Source of the DNA: Camelus dromedarius
Lineage: Eukaryota
NCBI RefSeq assembly: GCF_036321535.1
Contig: NC_087436.1
Span: 57,290,001 to 57,354,000, forward strand
Direction of reading: 5' to 3'
DNA: 64,000 nucleotides
The notes beneath the pieces are model-generated. The model was not told the origin of the DNA, did not search any database, and saw only the letters and a program-made list of their open reading frames with translations. Below are positions 51,504 through 63,270 of this stretch, piece after piece; the stretch's first letter is position 1, and every line of letters starts with the position of its first letter. A program made the position numbers and the translations under genes.

Positions 51504-52885
51504 GTTTGATAAAAGAGACGAGAACATAAAATGAAGTAAAGACAGTCTCTTCAGCAAATGGTATTGGGATAACTGGACAGCTGCATGTAAATGAAGTTAG
51601 AACACTCCCTCACACTGTACATAAAAATAAACTCACAATGGCTTAAAGACTTAAACATAAGACAAGACTCTACAAAACTCTTAGAAGAAAACATAGGCAA
51701 AACATTATCTGACATAAATCTTAGGAATGTTCTTCTAGGGAAGTCTACCCAGGCAACAGAAATAAATAAAAAATGAACAAATGGGACCTAATTAAGCAAC
51801 AACAAAAAAAACTTTATAAGCTAAACAAAAAGACAACATGCAGAATGAGAGAAAATATTTGCAAAAGATGAGACTGAAAGAATATATAAACAGCTCATAC
51901 AACTTAATAAGGAAAAAAAAAAAAAAACTAATCCAAAAATGGGCAGAAGACCTAAACAAGCAATTCTCCAATGAAGACATAAAAATGGCCAATAGGCACA
52001 TGAAAAAATGCTCAGTATCGCTAATTATCAGAGAAATGCAAATCAAAACTACAAAGAGGTACCACCTTACACCAGTCAGGATGGCCATCATTCAAAAGTT
52101 CATGAACAATAAATGCTGGAGAAGATGTGGAGAAAAGGGAGCCCTCCTACACTGCTGGTGGGAATGCAGTTTGGTGCAGCGATTATGGAAAACACTATGG
52201 AGATTCTTCAAAAGACTAAAGGCAGACTTACCATATGATCCAGCAACCCCACTCCTGGGGATATATCCAGGGGAACTTTAATTCAAAAAGATACATGCAC
52301 CCCAATGTTCATAGCAGCACAATTTACAATAGCCAAGACATGGAAATGACCTAAATGTCTATTGACAGATGACTGGATAAAGAAGCTGTGGTATATTTAT
52401 ACTATGGAATACTACTCAGCCATAAAAATAATAAAATAATACCATTTGCAGCAACATCAGTGGACCTGGAGATTGTCATTCTAAGTGAAGTAAGCCAGAA
52501 AGAGAAAGAAAAATACCATATGATATTGCTCATATGTGGAATCTGAAAAGAAAAAAGGGAAACAAACTTATTTACAAAACAGAAACAGACTCACAGACAT
52601 AGAAAACAAACTTATGGTTACCTTGGGGGAAAGAGGGTGGGAAGGGATAAATTGGAAGTTTGAGATTTGCAGATACTAACTACTATATATAAAATAGATA
52701 AACAACAAGTTTCTTCTGTATAGCCCAGGGAACTATATTCAATATCTTCTAGTAACCTATGATAAAAAAGAATATGAAAATGAATATATGTATGTTCATG
52801 TATAACTGAAACATGCTGTATGCCAGAAATTGACACATTGTAAACTGAGTATACTTCAACAAAAAAATATATATAGCAAAAAAAA
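51504..52885 (+). mobile_element. Lineage-specific L1: ORF2 C-terminus, 3' UTR and A-tail (5'-truncated, frameshifted)
   Basis: ORF-track peptides 51591-51776 (LTLYIKINSQWLKDLNIR) and 51838-52281 ([19 protein letters not shown]...HCWWEC) are L1 ORF2p C-terminal motifs. Confidence 0.97.
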
Positions 52886-53229
52886 TCCGTTTTTTAAAAA
52901 ATCAGATATTTCAGTGAATGTCTAAGGATCTATTTGCTAGGAAAAGTGTGATCTGTCCTGGAATTAAGTAAAATGTCAAGCTTCATCTCCAAAAGCTTGG
53001 GCCAATGTTTTCTGTATCTCTGAGGGAATATATCCATTTAATTTAATGACCTCTGAGTAAGTTCACTTTATAGAGTTAAATCACAAAAGGGTACTGATGT
53101 TAGATGAATTCATGTTAGCCCCTAATTCCCAGAAATCCCCAGTGTTCTTTCATAAATAACACTTTTCACCTGCAAAGCACTATGCCATTTATAATTTCTC
53201 CCCCACGAAATCTTTTATATTTAAGACTA

Positions 53230-53570
53230 TACTCTAAGTAGCCCCAGCTTTCTTCCATGGTAGGTTCATGCTTCCTGACCTCTCTGTGATTGAATGGGGC
53301 CAATGAATTAGGAGTAGAAGTGATGTGTGTCAGCTTCAAGCAGATGATGTGATTACCTCCAGATCTTTCTTTCCCTCTGCATCTGGTTTCTAGCAATATT
53401 TGAGATGATGGCCACTGTGTCATTCTGGTTTCTTAAGTATCACAAGCTAAGCTCTAACAGACCTGTTGCTTTGTATTATGAATAAGAAATAAAATTTTGT
53501 TGCTTAGGTCACTGAGATTTTTGGTCTTATTTGTTACCACAGCATAACCTGGCCTTATCTGACTGACACA
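53230..53570 (+). mobile_element. MLT1 LTR
   Basis: gtagaagtgatgtgtgtca...aagaaataaaattttgttgc...actgagatttttgg...ttgttaccacagcataacct...gactgacaca. Confidence 0.8.
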
Positions 53571-53689
53571 TACATGATTCTCATGTTTTATCTTATTATA
53601 AAAATATTTAATATATAATTCATATATACATACAAATACATATGTAAAAAAATATATATATATAATATATATCTTATATATGATCTTAC

Positions 53690-53865
53690 ATGATTCTCAC
53701 AATAACCCCTGAGGTAAAAAGCTCAAATTTAATGGTTCTTTCCCCTTTTATAGATAAGGCTACTGAGGCTCAGAGCAGTAAATACTTTGCTCCACATACA
53801 CAGAACCAATAAGTGAAAAAAACTCACAATGAAAATTAGATTTATTGACTTCACATTTACTGTTC
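53690..53865 (-). mobile_element. MIR SINE
   Basis: ctcacaataacccctgaggta...tttatagataaggctactgaggctcagag. Confidence 0.75.
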
Positions 53866-54060
53866 TTTTAAAAGATATAACTCTAAACACAGAAAGAACC
53901 TTCCACTTCTAATTCTTGACAGAAACATTTTCAACTTGAAAATTTTCAAAGTTGAATATTGTATGTCATAATTTATATTAAAAATATCCTAATTCACCAG
54001 AATATTTCATGTCATCCCACATCTCTGAAAATTTGCTGTCATTTGTGGGGTTTTGTCTTG

Positions 54061-54887
54061 TTTTTAAACCTTTTTTTTAAAATTGATGTACAGTCCATTT
54101 ACAATGCTGTGTCAATTTCTGGTGTACAGCACAATGCTTCAGTCATACATATACACACATATATTTGTTTTCATATTCTTTTTCAGTATAGGTTGCTATA
54201 AGATATTGAATATAGTTCCCTATGCTATACAGAAGAAACTTGTTTATCTATTTTATATCTAGTAGTTAGTATCTGCAAATCTCAAACTCACAACTCCCAT
54301 TTTACCCCTTCCCATTCCTTTCCCCCCTGGTAACCATAAATTTGTCTTCTATGTCTGTGAGTCTGTTTCTATTTTGTAAATAAGTTCATTTGTGCCTTTT
54401 TTTTTTTCTTCTTAGATTCCACATATAGGTGATAACATATGGTATTTTTCTTTCTCTTTCTGGCTTACTTCACTTAGAATGACAATCTTCAGATCCATCC
54501 ATGTTGCTGCAAATGATGTTATTTTATTATTTTTTATGGCTGAATAATATTCTATTGTTTAACTATACCACAGCTTCTTTATCCAGTCATCTGTCAATGG
54601 ACATTTAAGTCATTTCCATGTCTTAGCTATTGTAAATTGTGCTGCTATGAACACTGGGGTGTATGTATCTTTTTGAATTAAAGTTCCCCTGGATATATCC
54701 CCAGGAGTGGGGTTGCTGGATCATATGGTAAGTCTGCCTTTAGTCTTTTGAAGAATCTCCATAGTGTTTTCCATAATCGCTGCACCAAACTGCATTCCCA
54801 CCAGCAGTGTAGGAGGGCTCCCTTTTCTCCACATCTTCTCCAGCATTTATTGTTCATGAACTTTTGAATGATGGCCATCCTGACTGG
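54061..54887 (-). mobile_element. Lineage-specific L1 3' end, inverted relative to the 51.5-52.9 kb copy
   Basis: Same family as the plus-strand copy; ORF 54678-54899 repeats the same ORF2 C-terminal peptide. Confidence 0.97.
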
Positions 54888-54965
54888 ATTGAGTGTCACA
54901 GTCTTTTAATTGATCAGAGTAGCCATGAGATAGAGAATACAGGAAGGTAATAAGTGTCACTTTTT

Positions 54966-55042
54966 AAAGTACATACTTTGAAACGATGAACAGTACATAT
55001 ATGTAAATTTTAAAAAATAAATAATAAAATACATACTTTGAA
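54966..55042 (+). mobile_element. ~43-bp A-tailed micro-insertion with a 17-bp TSD
   Basis: AAA(G/A)TACATACTTTGAA at 54966-54982 and 55026-55042, preceded by TTTTT. Confidence 0.75.
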
Positions 55043-56045
55043 CTAATGGCTGTGTTTGCATAAACTTTTTTTAATGTTTATTCAAACAAAGTAGAGCCTT
55101 GACAACACTAACCTTGTGTTCATAATCTATCCCTTTGACAGTCTAATGTTGTGAAGCCCCATTCTCTTGAACGAGGAAATCACACACCAGTTCATCCCTT
55201 TCAGGAAAATGTACCTTAAGAGATTTCTCAAAGCAACATGATTTACACAGAGTTGAGGTTAGAAAAAACATCAACAACAATGAAACCTTACCAACGGTCT
55301 GGGGTTTGGTGTGTGAACAGAACTGAAAAAAGTTGTCAGGCCTGGATCTTTCAGGACTCCATATTTCTGAAAGCCTACACCCTGTAAAACTATTCTGGAG
55401 CAATTATTAACCACACAATGAGCCTGCGAGACAGCAGATGCTAGGCTCCCCTTTCCCTCCCTTTTCCCCTCCTCAGTCAAACATATTTGTAGAGTACATA
55501 TTTATCTACTTAAAAAAAGAAGAAAAAACCCTGTCACCTCCCTTCTAACAGGAAGTAAGCAGGACTTCTCCTCATAGGCTCTAAAAATATTGACAGTAGA
55601 TAATGGGCCTGTATAAGATACTGGTGGGAAGTGAGTTAATAATCACAGGCTCCAACTGCAGGGAGCTTCAGATGCTGCCTAAAAGCAGACGGCAATGAAT
55701 ACTGTTTTTGTTAATAGCTAGCTGGTGACAGAAAGCTCTTTCAACCTTGCTTTACTGGAAGTGGAAGACACAATACCAGAGAAATATATAGTAATAAGAG
55801 ATACCTATATTATTTAGATCCATGAATTAGTTGTTCACAAATATAAGACAGAAGTAAGCATCGTCTCTATGAGAAAAAGGTTTATTAAATTTATCTAAAT
55901 TAATATACAATTAGCAGTAATTATGACTATTGGAGGATGAAACTCTCTTTTTTAAACATTGCAAGAAAGTAAACTAATTTAGCCCAAAACTATTACCTAA
56001 TTTAATGAAATATCTAGAATATTTTTTCTTTTAAAAATGTCACTA

Positions 56046-56174
56046 TACCTGTAATGAAAAAGAATCTGAAAAGGAATATGTATATACATTTGTATAACTG
56101 ACTCACTGTGCTGTATGTACACCAGAAACTAATACAACATTGTAAATCAGCTACACTTCAATTTTATAAATGGC
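56046..56174 (+). mobile_element. Short L1 3' tail with TSD
   Basis: gtataactgactcactgtgctgt...caccagaaactaatacaacattgtaaatcagctacacttcaat. TSD AAAAATGT(C/T)ACTA at 56033-56045 and 56175-56187. Confidence 0.9.
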
Positions 56175-57159
56175 AAAAATGTTACTACAGTTCAATATTC
56201 TTATAAGCCTTCGATGTTGGAACGTCTCAGGAACCTAAGAAATTTTCATATAGCCTAAGAAGATCAAGTAATCTTCTCCCAGAATCAGAGCTCTTTTAGG
56301 GAGAGCTGGGGATGTTCCTTAAGACAGATGATCTATCTACATTTCCTTAGAAATTAAACTTTCAAAGGAGGCAACCACACTCTGAAAATACATTTAATCC
56401 TCCTGCTAAAGCATAAATCTTTACTGCCCTTCTGTATAAAGCAAACTGAAAAGATATGATGCATCATTTTCTGTAATGATTAACCCCCTGTTTGCCAGCT
56501 GTCCTGGAGAATACCTCTAGACTTGAGCAGGCATTAAGCAACCTCAGGTCCTACAGGTGCAAATCCCTTCTGCAAGTTTTGAAGCAGCTTTCTCTCTCTC
56601 TCCCCCTCCCTCCCTCCACCCCTCCTTTCCTCTCTCCCTCCCTTCTCCCTCTCTCTTCTGATTTCTACAGGTATTATTATTTTAACCAAATATCTTATGC
56701 ATTCATTCATTTTTTACTTATGGAGTACAATTTGAAATTATTTAAATCTTCTGTTGTCTGTGAAACGTATAATGGTGAAACCATCAGTTAGGGATGAAAC
56801 TAGTTTACTGTCAAAAAATTCAGAAGGATCCAGTGAAAGGATCAATTACCTTGGTAAACTTCAGGACACAGTTCTGAATGGTTCATTTCATTTCCTCTAT
56901 TGTTCTTTATAAACGGCCTGCAAACCAGTTTACAAGCATGATGAGAAATTATTCCCATCAATTGAAGACAGAGTCTTTGGGAGAATTTCATTTATTGCCT
57001 AGATGAAAATGAACTGAAGGGAAACAGAAAGAACGGAGGATTGTTTTTAGAGAGAAATTATCCTGAAAAGTATATTGTTTAGTGGCTATTTGGTGTTGAA
57101 AGCAGCAACACGTTCTTTGGGTTGCAGTCAAGGTGAACTTGAAAAAGATGTTCCTTGAA

Positions 57160-58210
57160 GCCTGTTCCTTGAGTCCTGCAGGCCGGCGGAGGTATCCTTC
57201 TGAGAAAAGCCGTGTCGGTGAGCTCCGATGCTCAAGATAATGGGAGTATTAAGTGAAGGTTACTATAGCAAGGTGCCTGTCCGGGGAAGAATTCTGACCG
57301 CAGAAGAAATAGAGATCTCTGACTCTTGATCAAGCAGATGAGCTGATGCTGACCTGCATCAGTGATCCCGAGTTGATTAACCGAGATTAGGAGGCAAAAG
57401 TCGACAGCGCAGCCACCGAAACACTGCTGGGTATTTTTGTCTGGAGAAAGCGGGGAGGGAAAAAGAATAGGGGAGAAAAAACGCAGGGAGTTCACAGTGA
57501 CAGGAGATCCAGTTTCCCCTGCTCTCTCCTCCCCCCTGCACCTCCCGCCTCTGCTCCCTTCCCCTGCCAGGGTTAAGGGACCAAGCCCGCAGCTGCTCCT
57601 ACAGGAGGCGCTGCAGATTTTTCCATCTTTGCAAGATGTTAACGAGCAGCAGCCCCCGCCTCGCCGCTGGGAGGAAGCGGTGCTGTCCGCTCGCCAGGCA
57701 GCGAGGCGGCTGTTCGGGTCTTGCCCTGACTGTAGGAGGCGAGAGGCCAAGAAGGCTGAACCCGAGGACTGCAGAGCGATGAGGCTAGGGCTGTGTTGGC
57801 AAAGGAGCAGAGACGCGAAATAAAACCACTAGCTAAGAAGGATCAGTACTGGGAACCGAAGGTCGAGGGCGGGTTGGGGCAGAAAAAAGTGGGAAAGGGA
57901 CCAAGGGATGACGCAGGGCTGGGGGCAGTGGAAGGGAAAAGCGAAAGAAGAGGTTGAATGAGGAGCCCTCGAGAGCTAATGAAAAGGAAGGGAAGATGGT
58001 GTGCAGGAGGGAATAATGGTCTAGAAAAGAAAAGTTGAGAGGCAAGGTGAGGGGGAAAGAAGATAAAAAGGCAGGTCGGTGGCCTTCCGGGGACCGCGTG
58101 GTGTGATCGGAGCGGCGGCCTCGCGTCCTCAGGTCCCCACCGCAGCTTTCCAAGTCTGGCCTCCAGGCATTGGTCGTTCCAGATAACCCCTGGAAAGGCG
58201 TATTGGGGAT
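57160..58210. promoter_or_regulatory. CpG-enriched region; candidate alternative promoter or enhancer
   Basis: Sharp rise in GC and CpG over the AT-rich background, no recognisable repeats, and GC-box-like motifs (cccgcc at ~57545 and ~57655, gggcgg at ~57867). Confidence 0.7.
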
Positions 58211-60349
58211 CTCTAAGCTCAGATACAAAGGTGAATAAGACCTTGCCCTGACTCCAGCGGCTCATGGAGGGTTTATGGAAAAGCTCTTCCTAAATAGTTT
58301 CAATGGCACTTGTTAAAAGGACCATTGGAGCACAGAGCTGGGAGCACTTACCTCAGCCTGGGGAGTGCAGGGGTTAGGAAAAAAGTTAAAGAAGGGCAGG
58401 GACAACCTGTTAGAAAGGCCTTGTAGGAGTTTTCAAGATAGAGAGAGGTTCTGGTGTTGGCTGCAATCACTTTAATGAGTCTATCTAATTCAGAGAGACC
58501 GTGAGACAAGGAATTCTGTGGCCCGTAGAGCACTTAGAGGCCTGGGTGACCTTGATTCTCACGTCTCTCTTCCCTGGGCATTATCTGTTTACAACTGGGA
58601 CAGTGGCAGAGTCAAAGGAGATATTGGTTCCTACCCTCAAGTGTCTGGCCCTTTAAAAATAAATTAGCAGTATCCATGGAATATGTGGAACTTTGCTTCA
58701 GGTTCCAGGAGAAAAGGAAAAAAATGAATCTTTACTAGACCTTAGAGGACTAAGGAGGCACCAGGAAGGAAGTGAGCTCAGAGGTGAAAGTAGAGTTTTG
58801 AGGACAACCCCTACTTAGTAAGTGAATTATTTCCTTCTTTATTTTCCAGGAATGTGAGGGTTGGGAGGGACCTACTGAGAGGAACCTGCATTTAAAATGC
58901 CTAGCACGTGGGAAAGTGCCCAAGAGACTCTCCCCAAAAGACCCAACTAAATGACTCCTCCCTTTCTATAGCCCTGAGCAGCCAGGGCTCCCTCATTAAC
59001 ATAGTCTTTGACTGAGCAACACCGAAACAAAGCCAATGTCCTTGAGTTGAGTAGGTCACACCTGTCTTTGTTGATAGCAAAATGGACACCGTGCAGGGAC
59101 AAGCAGAGACACATACAACAAAATATTGGGAAAGTAGCCTCTTAGCTAACACCAGTGAATTCCTTCGGGTTGTTTTCAGAGTAAGGCTAAATGGAAAAGA
59201 GCCTTTGTCACAGCTTTGAACTCCCTTTCTGGATATAGGAGTCATATAGACAGTCCAAAATAGTGGGGAGAAGTTTAGCATGGTGGGTCACATGATACTA
59301 TAACACGGGACATGTTAGGAGGCAGTCTGGGTTTAGGTCTTGGCATAAAGGGCTCTGAAATAAATCCTTATGAGCTGTCCTGGGATGTGGGTGGGAAAGA
59401 GCAGTGAGGGGTGCATAGCCTGTGGGGAAATATCTAGGCTCGACAGCAAGCACAAAGTTTATTTCTTGGTCTTAAAATGTGGCCCATGTAACTGCTTGCA
59501 AGCATTCCTTTTTGATTAGAAATATTTTCTGTTTTTCAAATACTCCCTACTCTCCACTTCACTCCTGAGGAGAGGGGGTTGTGAAAGCATCCAAGTCACA
59601 AGCAATACAGAAGAGATTGCCTTAAACCAATGAATAGAAAGAACTGTAATAGAGTCCTGATTCGTGATAGGTAGAGAACAGAATTTCTAAAACAAAGAGG
59701 TATTTTTTTCAGACATTAAACTGCTCAGGCAGTGGTAAACGTTTACTTGGAGAAAGGTTTGAGAGGAAAAAGCCAATAGCTCAGATGACCAAGCAAATAA
59801 AAAATGCATGTTATCACTGAATGAATACACAGCTACAAATGTAGCAGGTTAATTTACTTCACCCTTGGAAAGAAACAATAAAAATTATAGCCCAACTTTC
59901 TTAACCATCCTTACAAGCATTGATGGAGTGACAAATATGGGAAATGAACTGCTTCGGGGTCATTACTCTTCAGGACACACTTTCACGTAACAGTCTTTTG
60001 TCTCATTCCCTAACCTACATGTGTATTTAGTATTTGGATGGATTTTTCCAGATGAGAGCAGAAGTGAATTTCTATACAGAATAAGAGACACTCATGTCCA
60101 GTATCAGTTGAATCAGAGGAGCAAAGCTGACATCTGAAACGAAAGTGTTTCTAACCAGGTACTCTTAAAACTTACCACCTGGAATTGGAGTCTGGTCCAT
60201 GGCCATTTGCAAAGAATGATCTCTCTCTGGAACAAATGTATACTGAAAGAGTGTAGGAATCTCCATCACCAACAGGCTTGACTAAGAATAGGAGGAGCAG
60301 GTGTAAGATGGCTGGCTGTGAAGATAGACATCTGAAGCAGGTGAAATGT

Positions 60350-60500
60350 GGTAGGTAGAACTCTGACCCTAGACTCAGAGCAGACCTGGGTTTCTGTGGC
60401 CATGGTCTCTGCGGGACTGAGGCTACCTTACCTTCTGCAGGCCATTTAATGTCTCTCAGAGTCTCAGTTTCTTCTGGTATGAATTTATGACTATACTCTC
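60350..60500 (+). mobile_element. MIR SINE fragment
   Basis: cagacctgggttt...ggccatttaatgtctctcagagtctcagtttctt. Confidence 0.6.
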
Positions 60501-61484
60501 ACTAATAACTTCATAAGAAACAAAATAAGGGTATCCTTTGCATTCAAAAGGAAGATACTGGGATTGCGGTTGATTTGAAGATTAGCATAAGCTAATCAGC
60601 AAACTCTTTGAGGGAAGCAATGAAGGCTATGAACAGGGTACCCTTGGATCTGTGGATGAAATAATTTGACAGCAACCATAAGACTATAAAGATGGTTGGC
60701 CTCTCTGTAGCAAGAATGCCACTCTCACCTAGGGGACACAGCTTTTTTTCCATGTTTTACTCTGAAATTCCACCAACTTCTAAGTTCTGTAAGGACAGGG
60801 ACTCTGTTTTGTTTTTGTGTTTCTCTCCCGGCGGTTAACTCAGTGCTGCTCTGCCATCAGCACCAGGAGATGACCATTCATTGATGAAGAGAAGGGGAAC
60901 ACGGGGGAATATGAATGAGGCAGTTTGGCAAGAGTTTGGAAGGAATAAAAGAATTAGTCATCAAAGGAAGTTCCTCCCACTCTTTCATGAAACCATTGCC
61001 TTCTAAATCATAAAATTTCTTTTCTCTGTATTCTCAATGATCATTTTCAAAACAAGGGAACAACTACTTTTTCAGTCAGGTTATATGTGACTGACTCTTC
61101 CATTAACGTGAATGGCCCTCTAAATTCATGCTGAGTTTTCACAGTGAGGCGACTTCATTTACTGACCTTTAACTAAGGGCATGTGACAACCTGACTCAGT
61201 CCCTCTATTTCTCTTAGAGTTTGTGTAGCTTAAGGAAATTCTTGTCTCCTGCTTTTCACAAGCACTCAGTGGTTATGATTTTGGCTTCTCTCACCCAGCC
61301 AGAGGGTCTCGTACCTCCTGGGCTTGTATCCCCTTATGCCTCCAAAGGCAGCTAGTGTCACTTTAGAGTTGAAATATCTCAGGCCTCAAGCATCTTGTCC
61401 CAGGCTCCATAGGCTGAAACAACAAAGTCAGGTCCATAGGATCCAAGAAGCTAAGTTGTCTGCTTCTCTCTTCTTGGGAAAAAG

Positions 61485-61529
<45 letters not shown>
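61485..61529. repeat. (TATC)11 microsatellite
   Basis: Read directly from the sequence. Confidence 0.97.
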
Positions 61530-62679
61530 CAAAATGGGATTACTAGCCAGTGTCCATTTCTATAGGCAATCTCAAGAAGAGGTCTAATAGAGACTCCTGT
61601 AGGTCAGTCCGTGGCTCTACTTGGGTCAGATTCACCTGGGAATCCTGTAGGAAGCCTCTTGGCTTTCTTCTTTGACCTGCCAAATCAACATCTTTTGGGT
61701 TATAAGAAATTTTCAGAAAAAAAAAAAGTATCCTGTACATTTCTGCTAGGCTGTTTCCGGAAGCAGATACATGTTATTAAAAGGGAAAAGAACTGACTTG
61801 CCACTTTCCTGGTCAACCAGTGGCCCTATGTTTTCAGATCTTAGTTTTGTGGCTTTTAAGATATAAAGGCCGCAAATGACACCTGCTCCTTCCTGAAATG
61901 CCAACTCATCCATCACCCCTGCCACACAATGAGAACTCCTCCCAACCCTAGGCCTTCCCCCACCAGCATCTCATCACCAAGAGTTTGTAGGGGCAGGAAG
62001 GAAGAACTGTCTCTAGAAGAGACAAGTAAGTGACTAGTGGCCCCAAAGAGCATCTGTTGGCTTGGAAAACCCCAAGACAGCCACCTCAGATCCTAACTCA
62101 TACCTTCCTTAGTCATCCTGACAGTAACTGGGCTGAACCTGCCAGCCATCAGAACGCATTTCCTTCATCAGATCACTGAACCGCTTAACTTTTTAATCAG
62201 AATTGTTAAAACTAAAAAAAACCAACCAAACAAACAAACAAACAAAAAACCCAAAACCAAAACCAAAACCCCAAACTTATATTAGAGAGCAGCTTGTTTT
62301 CATGCCTATGGAGGAAACTTCTGGTTTCCCTGGGGGAACTCATGAGGCCTGGCCTTCCTGCAGATCAGGCAGCAAAAACCAGTTTTACTTGCCTTTTGGT
62401 TTTGAAGCAGGACTTAAATAGGGAGAAGAATTCTGGGATATAGAGAGGCCTCAAATCTTTGTACCAAAATGCTTAGTTCTGCTTTTCTTTTCTTAAGGAG
62501 CTGAAGGAAAGTGAGTCATACACGTGTCTGAGCCCTGGATTGTGGGAGACAGTGCCCGTGCTCTGTTGTCAATTAAAGTTGAAACTAATTTTAACAGCAT
62601 CCACATATAGAGAGAATATGGGATATTTTAGAATAAGGGAGGGACTGGAGAACTGTATCTAGCCTGCAAATGTGAGTGG

Positions 62680-63270
62680 ATCTTCCACCGCAAGCCCTGG
62701 GCCGAGTAGTCGCGCAGAGCGTTTGCAAGGCCCCTGCGCGGGAGGATGCGCCTGCTTCCCTGTCCCGGTTCACTGCTTCAGGTGCCTCAGTCCCCAGCCC
62801 AACTCTTCCCGGGCGACCCCTCAGCTCGCCTGCCGCCGCCGCCTCCAGCTTCCCCTCCCCTTGGCATTGCTTGGCTTTAACTTTGCGCGGCTTCTTTTCT
62901 CGCCGGGCTGGTTGCCGGGAGGTGCAGTGGGCAGTGGCGGCTCCCGCTGCGAAGCCGGGGGAGGAGAGGGGCCGGGGCCGGGAGCGGGAGGCGGCGAGAG
63001 ACGCTCGCTTCTGTGAGTTCTGCCGGTGGGGGGCCGAGGAAGGCTGTCGACGAGGAGGAGGCCGGGGTGGAGGAGGCCGGGGAGGGGTGATGATGGTGTT
63101 AAATGTGGCCGCGCTGCTCCCCGGGGAGCTGCCTGAAAGGAGAGTGCGCTCACCAGCTGACAGCGCGTGCTCCGCTCCAGACGCTCCGCACCGCGGCCAG
63201 GAGCCTCTGCCAGCCCCTCTATTGTCAACCGCTCTCTAATTAAGAAACACTCACATTACGGCAAACCACC
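62680..63270. promoter_or_regulatory. CpG island promoter
   Basis: Very high GC and CpG density, with GCC runs and G-tracts. AP-1 (TGAGTCA, 62512) and E-box (CACGTG, 62521) motifs lie just upstream. Confidence 0.85.
62820..63012 (+). other. Probable non-coding first exon of an unidentified gene; start position is a guess
   Basis: GC-rich, ATG-free, 5'UTR-like text ending at the donor TCT|GTGAGT (GT at 63013). A second donor CTG|GTGAGT has its GT at 63467. Confidence 0.45.

Noticed and set aside
51838..52281. 147-aa ORF as a host gene
   Set aside because: It is the C-terminus of L1 ORF2 in a truncated, frameshifted element.
57232..58265. Overlapping 128-172 aa ORFs
   Set aside because: Stop-poor GC-rich DNA gives open frames on both strands; most lack an ATG start and none has a recognisable domain.
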